64,000 bases of DNA from an uncultured Verrucomicrobiae bacterium (GCA_963764165.1 CAVXRD010000004.1:416001-480000); one strand, 5' to 3'. Shown: positions 1-11,131, numbered from the stretch's first letter. Numbers and translations: made by a program. Notes: a model not told the origin generated them from the sequence alone.

Positions 1-321
1 GCCTTGCCACAAGCTGTTCAGCACCGCTGACACTGTGGCCCACTGTTCGCGTTTCTGTTTAAGGGTGTCCGCGCCACTTTTCTTGATCGAATAATATTTC
101 CGCTTGCGGCCCGTTTCGCTCTCGGCCCAGCGCGATTTGATCCAGCCGTTGTCCTCCATGCGATGCAGCACGGGGTATAGCATTCCATCGGTCCATTGGA
201 GATGATCGCCGGAGAGGCGCTTGACTTCTTGAATCAATTCGTATCCATAACTCTCGCCGCGCGAGAGCAGCGACAAAATCAACGGCTCCGTGGAGGCCGC
301 CACCAGTTCCTTTTCGATCAT
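1..321 (-). CDS. PadR family transcriptional regulator (3' end runs off window)
   Basis: Own translation from ATG 321: MIEKELVAASTEPLILSLLSRGESYGYELIQEVKRLSGDHLQWTDGMLYPVLHRME...GRKRKYYSI; PadR motifs YGYE, LYPxLxR, RKYY. Missing from ORF track because no stop in window. Confidence 0.9.
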   Translation of the reverse strand, partial: MIEKELVAASTEPLILSLLSRGESYGYELIQEVKRLSGDHLQWTDGMLYPVLHRMEDNGWIKSRWAESETGRKRKYYSIKKSGADTLKQKREQWATVSAVLNSLWQG

Positions 322-462
322 GCCGCCATAATACATTGCCATGCTATGCATGTCAAGGCTCCGTCGCAATTGCGCATGGCTGCGAATCTGGTAGACTGAA
401 TTCTTGTGATCGCTTGGCCCCCGTTGGCGATCAAATGAAATCAAAAGGCATGTCAATTAAAT

Positions 463-1236
463 ATGGCGGCGCCAGAACCGCATAAATCGTTCGACTCTGA
501 AGGCGGGCCGGTGGAACGGCAGGCCGGCGCCGCGTTCCGGACCACGCATTGGAGCGTGGTTCTTCACGCTGCCGCCACCGAATCTCCTGAAGCCGCGGAG
601 GCGATGTCGCGCCTGTGCTCGGTTTACTGGTATCCGCTTTACGCCTACGTCCGGCGAAAGGGATACAAGCCGGAGGAGGCGCAGGACCTCACCCAGGAAT
701 TCTTTGCGCGTTTGCTGGCGAAGCATTATCTCCGAACGCTTGACCGCCAAAAAGGCAAATTCCGCTCCTTTCTGCTCGCCGCCTTGGAACATTTTCTGGC
801 CAAGGAATGGCGCGATGCCAACCGCCTGAAACGCGGCGGCGACCGAGTCATTCTTTCGCTGGACCAATGCGATGCGGAAAATCGCTACCTTGTCGAAGCG
901 GTTGAAAATGTGACGGCGGAACACATTTACGAGCGCCGCTGGGCGCTGACGCTGCTCAATCAAGCCATGAACCGCCTGCGCGACGAGTTTGCGTCGGCTG
1001 GGCGGCTCGCGCTATTCGAAGCGTTGGAAAGCTCCCTCACCGGCGAGGGCGCGACCTCAACCTACGCCAACATGTGTGCGAAGCTGGATATGACCGAAGG
1101 CGCCATCAAGGTCGCCGTTCACCGGATGCGGGCGCGCTACGGCGAATTGGTGCGGGCGGAAATTGCGGACACGGTTTCGGCCACCGAAGATGTGGATGAC
1201 GAATTGCGCCATCTGCTGGCGACGCTCGCATCGTGA
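463..1236 (+). CDS. ECF-type RNA polymerase sigma-70 factor (kinase-associated type)
   Basis: FRTTHWSVV, YWYPLYAYVRR, AQDLTQEFF, GKFRSFL, sigma4 GAIKVAVHRMR; adjacent to a Ser/Thr kinase. Confidence 0.9.
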   Translation: MAAPEPHKSFDSEGGPVERQAGAAFRTTHWSVVLHAAATESPEAAEAMSRLCSVYWYPLYAYVRRKGYKPEEAQDLTQEFFARLLAKHYLRTLDRQKGKFRSFLLAALEHFLAKEWRDANRLKRGGDRVILSLDQCDAENRYLVEAVENVTAEHIYERRWALTLLNQAMNRLRDEFASAGRLALFEALESSLTGEGATSTYANMCAKLDMTEGAIKVAVHRMRARYGELVRAEIADTVSATEDVDDELRHLLATLAS

Positions 1237-1259
1237 AGGCCGCGATTGAATTAAATTAG

Positions 1260-1284
1260 TGTAACCATCTCGGAAAAAAAGGTC
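1260..1284 (+). promoter_or_regulatory. Candidate ECF promoter TGTAACC-N14-GGTC
   Basis: Same bipartite motif and spacing recur at 4659-4683. Confidence 0.55.
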
Positions 1285-1297
1285 TTGATTGACTGGG

Positions 1298-4200
1298 ATG
1301 TCTGTTAAATCGAACTGCGTTGTCTGCGGCGCGCCGATGCCGCCCGACTCGCCGGGTGGCAACTGTCCGCGCTGCCTGCTTGGGTTGGCCGCCGGGGGAC
1401 TGCCCGCTTCCGCTCTCAATCCGCGTGAGAATTCCCCTGCTCGATTCGGCAGCCAGCCGCCCCGGTTTTTCGGCGATTACGAATTGCTGGGGGAAATCGC
1501 GCGCGGCGGCATGGGCGTCGTTTACCGCGCACGCCAGCTTTCTTTGAATCGGCTTGTCGCGGTAAAAATGATCCTGGACGGTCCGCTGGCCGTGCCCGGA
1601 TTCATCGAGAGATTCCAAATGGAAGCGGAAGCCGCCGCCAAGCTGGGCCACCCCAACATTGTTCCAATCTATGAAATTGGCGAGTACGACGGACGCCACT
1701 TTTTCAGCATGAAACTGTTTGAGGGGGGACACCTGTGCGGCCAGGCCACTCGCTGCCCGCCGCCGGATCAAAAGCAGGGAGCCGCGGCTTGCCATCAGCG
1801 CCAAGTCGAAATAGCGCAACTGCTCCGCATGGTGGCTGAAGGCGTTCATCACGCGCATCAGCGCGGCATTCTTCATCGCGACCTCAAGCCGGCGAATATT
1901 TTGATGGATGACGAAGGCCGCCCGCACGTCGCGGATTTTGGGCTGGCCAAGTTGATGGGCGACAACAGCCTTTTGACCCAGACTGGCGCGCTTTCCGGAA
2001 CGCCCGCCTACATGGCGCCCGAGCAAGCCGCCGGAGAATCAGCCCCCTTGACGACGGCAACGGATATTTACAGCCTTGGCGCCATTCTCTACCAACTCCT
2101 GACTGGGCAGCCACCGTTTCATGCGCCGTCGGCAGTGCAAACACTGCGGCAGGTTGTCGAAAACGAAGCTGTTCCACCGCATCGCGTCAATTCGTCAGTC
2201 GACCAAAGGCTGTCAACCATTTGCCTCAAGTGCCTGCACAAAGAACCGGCGCGGCGATACACGTCGGCGCGGGCGCTGGCGGAAGATTTGCAGCGCTGGC
2301 AAAACGGCGAAACCATCCTCGCCCTGCCTTCCACTGGGACAGAAAATTTTCTGCGCTGGTGCCGCCGCAATCCCGCCATTGCCATTCTCAGTGCGCTGGT
2401 CATTCTTTCGCTGGTAACGGTGGCGGTCGTTTCCACTTCCGAGGCTTTTCACATCAAGCACGCGCGCGACAGCCTCGCGGCGGCGGAGAAGGACGCGAAG
2501 GCAAAACTCTGGGAGAGCCTCCTGGCCCAGGCCCGCGCGGAGCGCTGGAGCGGCCGGCCCGGACAGCGCTTCGACGGACTCGATGCCATCGCCAGCGCAG
2601 CCACGATCCGCAAGTCCACCGCCTTGCGGAACGAGGCCATTGCCTGCCTGAGCCTCACCGATATTCGGCTGCTTCCCAACACGCCTGCAACAAGCAATCG
2701 CGACGAACGCCTTTACGTAGATTGGGCGCATCAGCAGTACGCCTGGTCGGCCGCAGATGGCTCTATCAGCATCCGGCGCTGGGCGGATCGTTCCGAATTG
2801 ATGCGCCTGCCATCGCTTGGGAGGATCGATTTCGTAAAAAGCGTAAGCCCGGACGGACGCTGGCTGAGCGCCTCTTACACAGAAGACAGGGTTTCGATTA
2901 TTGACCTTCAAAAACATGTTGAAACGCTGATGCTCACCAATGCTTCCTTTGTTTCTTTCAGCCCCAGCAGCGCCGAGGCAGTCGTGGATGTCGGTTCGAA
3001 TTCCTTCACCGTCGTCAATCTCGATGGGTCAGGTTCCAGCCATGCTTATCCGCTGCCCAACAACATCGGCAATGCCAACTGGAGCCCCGACGGCGCCAAG
3101 ATCGCTTTTGCAGGAGAAAAATATGTATGCGTCGTTGACGCGAATTCCCACGCTCTTATTCGGAGATTCACTCTGCCAGGCGACTGCATCCAGGCAGTTT
3201 GGAACCCGGATGGACTTCATATTGCCGCCACAGGCAGTGACAAAAAGATCCGAATCCTGGACGCGGCTGACGGCTCGCAATTGCCGCCGCTGGTCGGACA
3301 TCTGGGATCGGTCACGTCCGTGGCCTTTCATCCGGCCGGACACATCCTGGCTTCCACGGGTTGGGACGGTTTAATGCGTTTGTGGGATTGGCGCAGCGGC
3401 AAAGAAATCATTCGAATTCCCGCGGGCTCAGAGGGCATCTTTTTTTCCCCGGACGGACGATTCATCGCGAACACCGGACGGGCTGAGACCATGTTGAATG
3501 TTTTCGAACTGGTCGTAAATGAAACGGTGGTGACGTTGCCGGATTGGCCACGCAACGGGGCGGGCGATGCCGTGCTCTTCGATCCGAAAAACCGGTGGTT
3601 CGCCACCAGCATCGATAACTCCACCACGTTTTGGAATCCACACGACGGTAAACTTCTGGGCCGCGTCGAGAATCTGCCGGCAGCGTGGCTGCAAAACATT
3701 CGCGGCAATCAATCCGTGCTCGCATGGGCCGACGGATTCCATCTGCTCGAACCGGGATTCGACGGGGGCTCGCTCAAACTGGCCGCACCGGCTCGCTTTC
3801 AGATCACGGCTTCCAGCGACGTTAAGAAATGGCTGCCCAACGGATTTGACAGCGACGTGCTCCGACAGGCCACGTCCCGCCTTAGCTGTTCTGCCAGCGG
3901 CAAGACCACCGCGCTGGTGGCGGGCGGCCGTTGTTTTGTCATTGATATGACAAGCAACACTCTCGAAGCCGTCACAGGCTTGCAGGAATTCATGAAGTTC
4001 GTGGCAGTCAGCCCGAACGATCATTGGATTGCCACAGGCGCCTGGAACATGCCAAACACGAAAGTATGGGACGCCGCGACTGGAAAGGAGATGGCGACTC
4101 TGCCGACCGCCAATTCCCCTAATGTCGCCTTCTCCTCTGATGGCCGATGGCTCGTGACCAGCACCGGCCGCGAATATCGTTTTTGGAATGTCAAAGGGTG

Positions 4201-4498
4201 GACTCCCGCCCACCGAATCGTGCGGCCGGACATGGATGATTTGCCGGGGGCCATGGCCTTTTCGTCCGACGGACGGCTGATGGCGCTGACGTATTCGCGG
4301 TCGGTCATCCGGCTGGTGGAACCAGCCACAGGCAATCTCCTGGCGCAATTGGAACCGGTCCCAGCCAACGATATTGTGGGACTCGCCTTTAACGCGGACG
4401 CCAGCGAATTAGCCGTGACGCGGGTGGATGCGCCGCCGCAGATTTGGCACTTGCGCCATCTCCAGGAACAACTCGCCGCGATGTCGCTGGAGTGGTAG
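1298..4498 (+). CDS. Ser/Thr protein kinase with TM helix and WD40 beta-propeller repeats
   Basis: IARGGMGVVY, VAVK, HRDLKPAN, DFG, GTPAYMAPE; hydrophobic segment; GH..WD repeats; N-terminal CxxC..CxxC. Confidence 0.93.
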   Translation: MSVKSNCVVCGAPMPPDSPGGNCPRCLLGLAAGGLPASALNPRENSPARFGSQPPRFFGDYELLGEIARGGMGVVYRARQLSLNRLVAVKMILDGPLAVPGFIERFQMEAEAAAKLGHPNIVPIYEIGEYDGRHFFSMKLFEGGHLCGQATRCPPPDQKQGAAACHQRQVEIAQLLRMVAEGVHHAHQRGILHRDLKPANILMDDEGRPHVADFGLAKLMGDNSLLTQTGALSGTPAYMAPEQAAGESAPLTTATDIYSLGAILYQLLTGQPPFHAPSAVQTLRQVVENEAVPPHRVNSSVDQRLSTICLKCLHKEPARRYTSARALAEDLQRWQNGETILALPSTGTENFLRWCRRNPAIAILSALVILSLVTVAVVSTSEAFHIKHARDSLAAAEKDAKAKLWESLLAQARAERWSGRPGQRFDGLDAIASAATIRKSTALRNEAIACLSLTDIRLLPNTPATSNRDERLYVDWAHQQYAWSAADGSISIRRWADRSELMRLPSLGRIDFVKSVSPDGRWLSASYTEDRVSIIDLQKHVETLMLTNASFVSFSPSSAEAVVDVGSNSFTVVNLDGSGSSHAYPLPNNIGNANWSPDGAKIAFAGEKYVCVVDANSHALIRRFTLPGDCIQAVWNPDGLHIAATGSDKKIRILDAADGSQLPPLVGHLGSVTSVAFHPAGHILASTGWDGLMRLWDWRSGKEIIRIPAGSEGIFFSPDGRFIANTGRAETMLNVFELVVNETVVTLPDWPRNGAGDAVLFDPKNRWFATSIDNSTTFWNPHDGKLLGRVENLPAAWLQNIRGNQSVLAWADGFHLLEPGFDGGSLKLAAPARFQITASSDVKKWLPNGFDSDVLRQATSRLSCSASGKTTALVAGGRCFVIDMTSNTLEAVTGLQEFMKFVAVSPNDHWIATGAWNMPNTKVWDAATGKEMATLPTANSPNVAFSSDGRWLVTSTGREYRFWNVKGWTPAHRIVRPDMDDLPGAMAFSSDGRLMALTYSRSVIRLVEPATGNLLAQLEPVPANDIVGLAFNADASELAVTRVDAPPQIWHLRHLQEQLAAMSLEW

Positions 4499-4540
4499 CG
4501 GAACAATGACAAACCACGTTACGGCGAAGGCCCCCCCGAG

Positions 4541-4614
4541 CCGTCCTATAATTCGCATTATTCCCATTGCTCGCATGAAAATGGAATAATGGGACTGATG
4601 GGAATAATCGGAAA
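4541..4614. repeat. 9-nt periodic CCCAT/ATGGG inverted array (REP-like)
   Basis: ttcgcatta-ttcccattg-ctcgcat ... atggaata-atgggactg-atgggaata; related copy at 18271-18354. Confidence 0.6.
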
Positions 4615-4658
4615 GCTGCAAAGGTCAACGACGATGGCCGTAAACAACCCACTTTTCC

Positions 4659-4683
4659 TGTAACCTTTGGCGCAGGAAGGGTC
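4659..4683 (+). promoter_or_regulatory. Candidate ECF promoter TGTAACC-N14-GGTC
   Basis: Matches 1260-1284; upstream of giant repeat protein. Confidence 0.55.
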
Positions 4684-4753
4684 AGTAACCATCTGACCGA
4701 CCTCTCCCTCAAGGCTCGGACGAGACACTAATCCGCTGAGAAGGAGAAATTGT

Positions 4754-7700
4754 ATGATGAAGGTCGGAAAAGATTCTGCCGCGTTGCGCGCGGGCATGAT
4801 GGGCAGTCTGCTGGCTGGCGGCGTGTCGTTCCACGCCGCAATTTCCTGCAAAAAAGGAGTCCTGACATGGTTGGATTCGTGCCTTATCGCGGCGCAGCGA
4901 ACTCAGACATTCACGAAAGCCATATCCTGGCCGGTGAATTTGGGTGACTGGGCTGGTTGCGTGATTGCGAGTGCTGCGGCAATGTTTTTGATTGCTCTGT
5001 CCTGCGGAAACGCCTCCGCTGCCACACTGTATTGGACAAATCTCAGTGGAGGCGATTGGAGTGGGGCTTCAAATTGGAAGCCCAATCAAGTTCCCGGCGG
5101 AACGGACACCGCGTTCGTTCTCAGCAACGGCACTTACACGATTTCGGTGAATCCTGGGGAACTAGTTTCAGTCAGCAACCTGACGATCGGCGCCAGCAGC
5201 GGGACACAGACCCTCGATATCGCCGGCGGCCTGGTCGTGAATGGCACGTGTGTGGGAAATGCCAATACCGTGATCGAGAATGTCGATAATTATCAGGCCG
5301 ACACCGCAGGCGGATTTTTGAACGGCTCCGGAACCATGACACTGGCGGGAGCGCTGTATTGGGAAGTGCCCCAATATGGAATCCTCTCAGGCCAGGTTAA
5401 TGCAAACATCACCCTTTCCAAAATTTCAACCGCCAACGCGGTCCTGTGCTGTCCGTTCATTTACTCCGGCCCGGTTGGCTTTACGGGCAGCGAATGGGTC
5501 AACACGGGGAGCATGACAATTTGCCTTGGCCCGCTCAATCTGGGGACAGGCACAACTCTCAGCAATGCGCCGGGAGCGACGATTACGCTCACCCTGCTCG
5601 GCAACAACCCCAATCACATTATTCCGACCAACGGCATCGGCGGCAGCGGCACATTCGTCAACAACGGCAAGCTGCTCGTTTCGGACACGAACGGGCAGGA
5701 CTTCATCCAACCCCTTTTTGTCAACAATGGCGAATTAGTGATCACCAATGGCGCCACCCTCGCATTGTACGGAGGTGGCACCAACACGGGCTTTGTGACC
5801 AATTGCTTGAATTGCGCGCTTTTGTGCACCAATGGCGCGTATGAATTCGATCCCGGCTCGATTGTTGATAGTCAAGGCAGCTTCAAAAACTGGGCCACTC
5901 TCCACATTGACGGCACTGTCAAATGCCCAACTTTTACCGACCAGGGGACAACCGAAATAAGCGGACTTTTGCAGGTGACCAACGGATGCATAGTTTATGG
6001 GACTGAAACACTGACCAACTCGGGAAAACTTCAAGCCGGCAACCTCTATATGTCGAGCGCGTTCAACCAAGTGAGTTCGGGGTCCACCGTGTCCGTTTCC
6101 AATGGGCTGACGCTCGGCGGGCGCGCGGTTGCCGTGTTTGACGGAATACTTAACATCGGAGGCACGGCCGCGTTCAATTCGTTTACTACGGCGACACTGG
6201 GCGGCACCGCTTATTTCACAAATTCCGTCGACATCGTCGGCGGCACGGTTACGGCCACCAACTTGGCCAATGTAAGCGTCGGAAATTCCGTCACTTTATC
6301 CTCCGGAAATCTAGCCTTGAACGGCAGCGGGCCGTTCACCGCCGCTTCCTTTATTTTTTCCAACGGCGTTCAGTCTGGCACCCAGCCGCTTCAAGTCAGC
6401 GGGCCGTTGTTTTGGTCTGGGGGGACGCTCGATGGCATTGTGGACTGCGATGGCGGAACAGTGACCGCATCGAACGCGACCATGACTGGCGGGCTGCTCG
6501 TCAACTCGGGAACAATGGGCTGGGCCGCCAATCCAATGAACATGTACAGCGGCGCGGAAATCAGCAATGCGGCTTCTGGAATCATCAACATCACCAATTC
6601 TCAATGGAATAACGATGCGGGTGGAGGATTGCTGGCCAACGGCGGCACGATGAATCTCTGGAACACGGACACAATCAACATCGGGCTAATGAATGCGGGC
6701 ACCATCAATATCAATTCTGGCACGCTGTCAACTTTCGTTGGCACCAACGCCGGGACGATGTCGGTGGCGTCCGGCGCAACTCTCTCCACCGCAAATTCCT
6801 ACACGACATTCTCCTCCACCGGAAGTGCCGCCATCGCGGGACCGGGCACATTGAGCGTGAGTTCCGGCACGCTTAATTCAGCGGGCGCGCTGAGCCTCGC
6901 AGGGGGTGTCAATGGCGTGATTTTGAACGTTAATGGCGGAACGGCCAACTTCAACGGCGGCGCCACCGCCATGCCATCCCAAATCTCGTTCAGTTCAGGA
7001 ACGATGAGCGGCAGCCAACTGTTGTCAGCCAGCGGCCCGTTCAACTGGTCCGGCGGAACGCTTGAAGCGAATGTTGAATGTGTTGGCGGGAACGTGACTG
7101 TGCAGGGCGTCAACTCATATGGCGGTCAAATCGTGAACACCGGCACAATGGGCTGGAGCGCGAATCCGATTTATTGTTACCCGGGAACATTCTTTAGCAA
7201 CTCACCCACCGGCATAATCAATATCACCAATGATAATTTGTATTCCGAAAGCGGCGGAGTTTTTGCCAATGCCGGCCAGATGAATATTTGGTCTTCCAGC
7301 GCCATTGACATTCCCATAACCAACAACGGGGCAATCAACATCAATGGTGGAACGTTCAATTGGAACGGAGGCGGCACCCACTCAGGAACCCTCACCATAG
7401 CTTCAGGCGCAACGTTTCAACCAGCCAGTGGCACGCTCACCTGCGCGCCAGGTTCCACAGTCGCCGGCGCGGGTGCCTTGAGTGTAAGCGGAGCTACAGT
7501 CAATTTTAACGGCGCGCTCAACGTCCAGGGTCCATGGCAATTTCAAAACGGGACTGTCAACTACAACGGGACCACGACCTCCACCGGAAATATTTGCACC
7601 ATCAGCGGAGCCTCCGTCAACGTCAACGGAACGGGAAGCCTGATCCTTGGCGCCGTGAACTTCAGCGGTGGCGGCCTGGCGGGCAGCCAGACCATTACGG

Positions 7701-10700
7701 ACAACGGGCCATTCAATTGGTCGGGGGGCGCATTGAGCGGCATCATACTCTGCAATGGCGGCAATGTGACTGTCCCGGGCCAGAATTCATTCGGCGGCCA
7801 GATTATCAACTCAGGCACAATGGGCTGGAGCCCCAACCCGCTTTACTGCTACTCCGGCACCTTGATCAGCAACACGGCCACCGGCACGCTCAATGTCACA
7901 AATTGCACGATGTACACCGAAGGCCCGAGCACGTTCGCCAATGCCGGCCAGATGAATGTATGGTCCTCCAGCACCATTGACATTTCCCTCAACAACGTTG
8001 GAGCGATGAGTCTGAACGCCTGGACGCTGACTTTGAACGGTGGAACCAATTCCGCGACCATTACAGTTGCCGCGAGCGCGACCCTTGAGCCAAATGCCGG
8101 CACACTCACCTGTGCGTCCGGTTCTGTGGTCAATGGCGCGGGAACCCTTTACGTAAATGGAGGGACGGTCAATTTTAACGGAGCGCTGAACGTGCAAGGA
8201 CCATGGCAATTCCCAGGCGGAACGTCCTATTATAACGGCACGACAACTTCCAGCGGCAATACGATCACGGTCAATGGAGGCACGGTAAGTTTTAGTGGTT
8301 CCGGCAATCTAAGCCCAGGCGTGCTCAACTTGAGCGGCGGGACGCTTGGTGGAGGCCAGACCGTAAATGTCGGCGGGCCTTTCAATTGGTCCGGCGGGCA
8401 GCTCAGCGGAGTTGTCCAATGCAGCGGCGGCAATGTAACCGTCCAGAGCGCCAATTCGTTGGGTGGCCAGATTATCAACACGGGCACGATGGCTTGGAGC
8501 CCCAATCCAATCTATTGCTACACCGGCACGATGTTCAGCAACTCCCCCACCGGCGTCGTTAACGCCACCAATTTCGTATTGTACACCGAAGGCCCCAGCA
8601 CTTTTGCCAACGCGGGGCAAATGAATGTATGGTCGTCCAGCACCATCAACATTGCCCTCACCAACACAGGAAGCCTCAACGTCAATTCCGGCACGCTGAA
8701 CTTGGGCGGAGGTGGCACGAATGCTGGCACGATTGCAATCGCGTCCGGTTCGACATTGCAATCCCCCAGCGCAATGACGTGCCTTTCCAACTCCGCGATC
8801 ATCGGGCCAGGCACTTTGAGCATTACTTCTGGCACATTTAACTCCGCAGGCGCTCTAAGCCAGGCCGGCGGAGTTAATGGAGTCACAGTTGCAATCCCGG
8901 GTGGGACGGCAAACTTTATAGGCAGCTCGACAGCGACGCCCGCGCAAATCCTGTTGAATGGCGGAACACTGGCTGGCAGTGAATTGGTGGCTGCCTCCGG
9001 CCCGTTCAACTGGTCAAGCGGCGCCATGGATGGAATTGTCCAATGCAACGGCGGCAACGTGAATGTGTCGGGCGCCAGCATCAATGGCGGCCAAATCATC
9101 AACACAGGCACGATGGCTTGGACGACGACTCCGCTTTATTCGTACGGCGCCAGCTTGGTCAGCAACTCCCCCAGCGGAGTCATTAATATGACTAACGCCA
9201 CGATCTACAACGAAAGTGGCGGAGCCGTTGCCAACGCCGGCCGGTTGAACGTGTGGTCTTCGAGCTCCATCTATATTCCTCTGACCAACAACGGAACAAC
9301 AAGCGTGAACGCTGGCGCGCTGGCCTTGGTCGGTGGCGGCAGCAATTCTGGGACTGTCTCAATCGCTTCGGGCGCGACGTTTAGTCCGGCCGGCAACACC
9401 TTCACGTCTGACACCGGGTCGTTAATATCTGGCGCGGGCAATCTCAACGTCGGTGGCGGCACGGCGAATTTTAACGGCGTCGTGAACGTTGCCGGCATTT
9501 GGGGTTTTTCAGGCGGCACGGCCAATTACAACGGCACGACATCGTCCAGCGGAATGACAATCAATGTCAACGGCGGCACGGCCAACTTCAACGGCATCGG
9601 CAATTTGAATCCCAGCCTGGTGACGCTGAGCAGCGGGACGCTGGCAGGCAGCCAAAGCATCGCAGACTCTGGACCGTTCAACTGGTCCGGCGGGTCGATG
9701 GATGGGGTCGTGAATTGCAACGGCGGGATCGTCAACATCCAGGGATCGAGTATGAACGGTGGCCAAATAATCAACTCCGGCACAATGGCTTGGAGCCCCA
9801 GTCCGCTTTATTCGTATGGCGCAAACTTGATCAGCAATGCGCCCGCTGGTGTTCTCAACATGACCAATGCCACGATTTACAACCAGAGCGGAGGAACGCT
9901 CGCCAATGCCGGCCAGATGGCCATCTGGTCGTCAAGTTACATTGGCATTTCGTTTACCAATTCCGCCGCTGTAAACATCAGTGCTGGAATTTTGTCGCTC
10001 GGCATCGGCACTAACGCCGGAACGATCGCCATATCGTCTGGCGCGGTTTTGAATTCCAGCAGTCCGTTCACTTGCCTCGCTAACTCCTCGATTGTCGGTC
10101 CCGGCACGCTGAATATCAGCGCGAACACGTTCAATTCCGAAGGGAACCTGAGCCTCGAAGGCGGCGCCAGCGGCGTTATCGTCGACATCACCGGTGGGAC
10201 GGGAAATTTTATCGGCTCCTCGCCTGCGACGCCGTCAGAAATTTTGTTGAGCGGCGGCACGTTGGCCGGCAATCAGCTTCTGTCGGCGAGCGGGCCGTTT
10301 AATTGGTCGGGCGGGAGCCTGAACGGTCTTGTCCAATGCAACGGCGGCAGCCTCACCGCGCAAAGTTCCAGCATCACCAGCGGGCAAATCATTAACACCG
10401 GGACGATGGGTTGGAGCCTCAGCCCGCTTTATTCGTATGGCGCGAGCGTGATCAGCAATGCGCCCACTGGAATGATCAACATGACCAATGCGACGATTTA
10501 TAACGAGAGCGGCGGCGCCTTCAACAACTCAGGCCGGTTGAATGTGTGGTCTTCAAGCACCATGAACATTCCGCTTACGAACAATGGAACGATTAATCTG
10601 GATTCCGGCACGCTGAACTTGAATGGCGGTGAGAGCCTCGCGAATGGCACGCTCGATTTCGGCATCGCCAGTCTCGCGGAATTTGGAAAGCTAAACGTGC

Positions 10701-11131
10701 CTGGAAACGTCGATCTCGCTGGCACGGTTGCGCTAACTTTGAACGGTTACACCCCGCTTATCGGCGATACGTTCAACCTCATCTCCTACGGCTCGGAATC
10801 GGGCGCGTTCGGCACATTTACCACGCCGTCATCGGCAAATTGGCAGGAGGATTACGGCGCGACTGCGTTCTCGGTGCAAGTCAGCAACTTTGCCGCGCCC
10901 ACAAATGTCACACTGTTCGCCGCCCAGAATGCGTTGGGCACAAACGGATTCACCATCCAAGTTTCCGGCCCGGCTGGATCCAATTATCTAGTGCAGGTTT
11001 CAACTAATCTCGCCGGCGTGAATTGGATTGCGGTGACGAATTTCATGAGCACCACGACATTGACCAGCGTCACTGATTCGGAGGCAACGAATGGGTACGT
11101 GAGCCGTTTTTACAGGGCCTCGATCCATTGA
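4754..11131 (+). CDS. Giant secreted Gly/Asn/Ser/Thr-rich beta-strand repeat protein (adhesin/passenger-like); true start probably downstream of 4754
   Basis: Signal-like FLIALSCGNASA-ATLYW; seven long repeats marked by GP(F/L)xWSxG; C-terminal YLVQVSTNL..W..RFYRA domain; no beta-barrel evident. Confidence 0.8.
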   Translation: MMKVGKDSAALRAGMMGSLLAGGVSFHAAISCKKGVLTWLDSCLIAAQRTQTFTKAISWPVNLGDWAGCVIASAAAMFLIALSCGNASAATLYWTNLSGGDWSGASNWKPNQVPGGTDTAFVLSNGTYTISVNPGELVSVSNLTIGASSGTQTLDIAGGLVVNGTCVGNANTVIENVDNYQADTAGGFLNGSGTMTLAGALYWEVPQYGILSGQVNANITLSKISTANAVLCCPFIYSGPVGFTGSEWVNTGSMTICLGPLNLGTGTTLSNAPGATITLTLLGNNPNHIIPTNGIGGSGTFVNNGKLLVSDTNGQDFIQPLFVNNGELVITNGATLALYGGGTNTGFVTNCLNCALLCTNGAYEFDPGSIVDSQGSFKNWATLHIDGTVKCPTFTDQGTTEISGLLQVTNGCIVYGTETLTNSGKLQAGNLYMSSAFNQVSSGSTVSVSNGLTLGGRAVAVFDGILNIGGTAAFNSFTTATLGGTAYFTNSVDIVGGTVTATNLANVSVGNSVTLSSGNLALNGSGPFTAASFIFSNGVQSGTQPLQVSGPLFWSGGTLDGIVDCDGGTVTASNATMTGGLLVNSGTMGWAANPMNMYSGAEISNAASGIINITNSQWNNDAGGGLLANGGTMNLWNTDTINIGLMNAGTININSGTLSTFVGTNAGTMSVASGATLSTANSYTTFSSTGSAAIAGPGTLSVSSGTLNSAGALSLAGGVNGVILNVNGGTANFNGGATAMPSQISFSSGTMSGSQLLSASGPFNWSGGTLEANVECVGGNVTVQGVNSYGGQIVNTGTMGWSANPIYCYPGTFFSNSPTGIINITNDNLYSESGGVFANAGQMNIWSSSAIDIPITNNGAININGGTFNWNGGGTHSGTLTIASGATFQPASGTLTCAPGSTVAGAGALSVSGATVNFNGALNVQGPWQFQNGTVNYNGTTTSTGNICTISGASVNVNGTGSLILGAVNFSGGGLAGSQTITDNGPFNWSGGALSGIILCNGGNVTVPGQNSFGGQIINSGTMGWSPNPLYCYSGTLISNTATGTLNVTNCTMYTEGPSTFANAGQMNVWSSSTIDISLNNVGAMSLNAWTLTLNGGTNSATITVAASATLEPNAGTLTCASGSVVNGAGTLYVNGGTVNFNGALNVQGPWQFPGGTSYYNGTTTSSGNTITVNGGTVSFSGSGNLSPGVLNLSGGTLGGGQTVNVGGPFNWSGGQLSGVVQCSGGNVTVQSANSLGGQIINTGTMAWSPNPIYCYTGTMFSNSPTGVVNATNFVLYTEGPSTFANAGQMNVWSSSTINIALTNTGSLNVNSGTLNLGGGGTNAGTIAIASGSTLQSPSAMTCLSNSAIIGPGTLSITSGTFNSAGALSQAGGVNGVTVAIPGGTANFIGSSTATPAQILLNGGTLAGSELVAASGPFNWSSGAMDGIVQCNGGNVNVSGASINGGQIINTGTMAWTTTPLYSYGASLVSNSPSGVINMTNATIYNESGGAVANAGRLNVWSSSSIYIPLTNNGTTSVNAGALALVGGGSNSGTVSIASGATFSPAGNTFTSDTGSLISGAGNLNVGGGTANFNGVVNVAGIWGFSGGTANYNGTTSSSGMTINVNGGTANFNGIGNLNPSLVTLSSGTLAGSQSIADSGPFNWSGGSMDGVVNCNGGIVNIQGSSMNGGQIINSGTMAWSPSPLYSYGANLISNAPAGVLNMTNATIYNQSGGTLANAGQMAIWSSSYIGISFTNSAAVNISAGILSLGIGTNAGTIAISSGAVLNSSSPFTCLANSSIVGPGTLNISANTFNSEGNLSLEGGASGVIVDITGGTGNFIGSSPATPSEILLSGGTLAGNQLLSASGPFNWSGGSLNGLVQCNGGSLTAQSSSITSGQIINTGTMGWSLSPLYSYGASVISNAPTGMINMTNATIYNESGGAFNNSGRLNVWSSSTMNIPLTNNGTINLDSGTLNLNGGESLANGTLDFGIASLAEFGKLNVPGNVDLAGTVALTLNGYTPLIGDTFNLISYGSESGAFGTFTTPSSANWQEDYGATAFSVQVSNFAAPTNVTLFAAQNALGTNGFTIQVSGPAGSNYLVQVSTNLAGVNWIAVTNFMSTTTLTSVTDSEATNGYVSRFYRASIH

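Noticed and set aside
4754..11131. Many antisense ORFs and DNA repeats in the giant gene; DGR or CRISPR
   Set aside because: Shadows of repetitive coding sequence; no reverse transcriptase or adenine-specific variation seen
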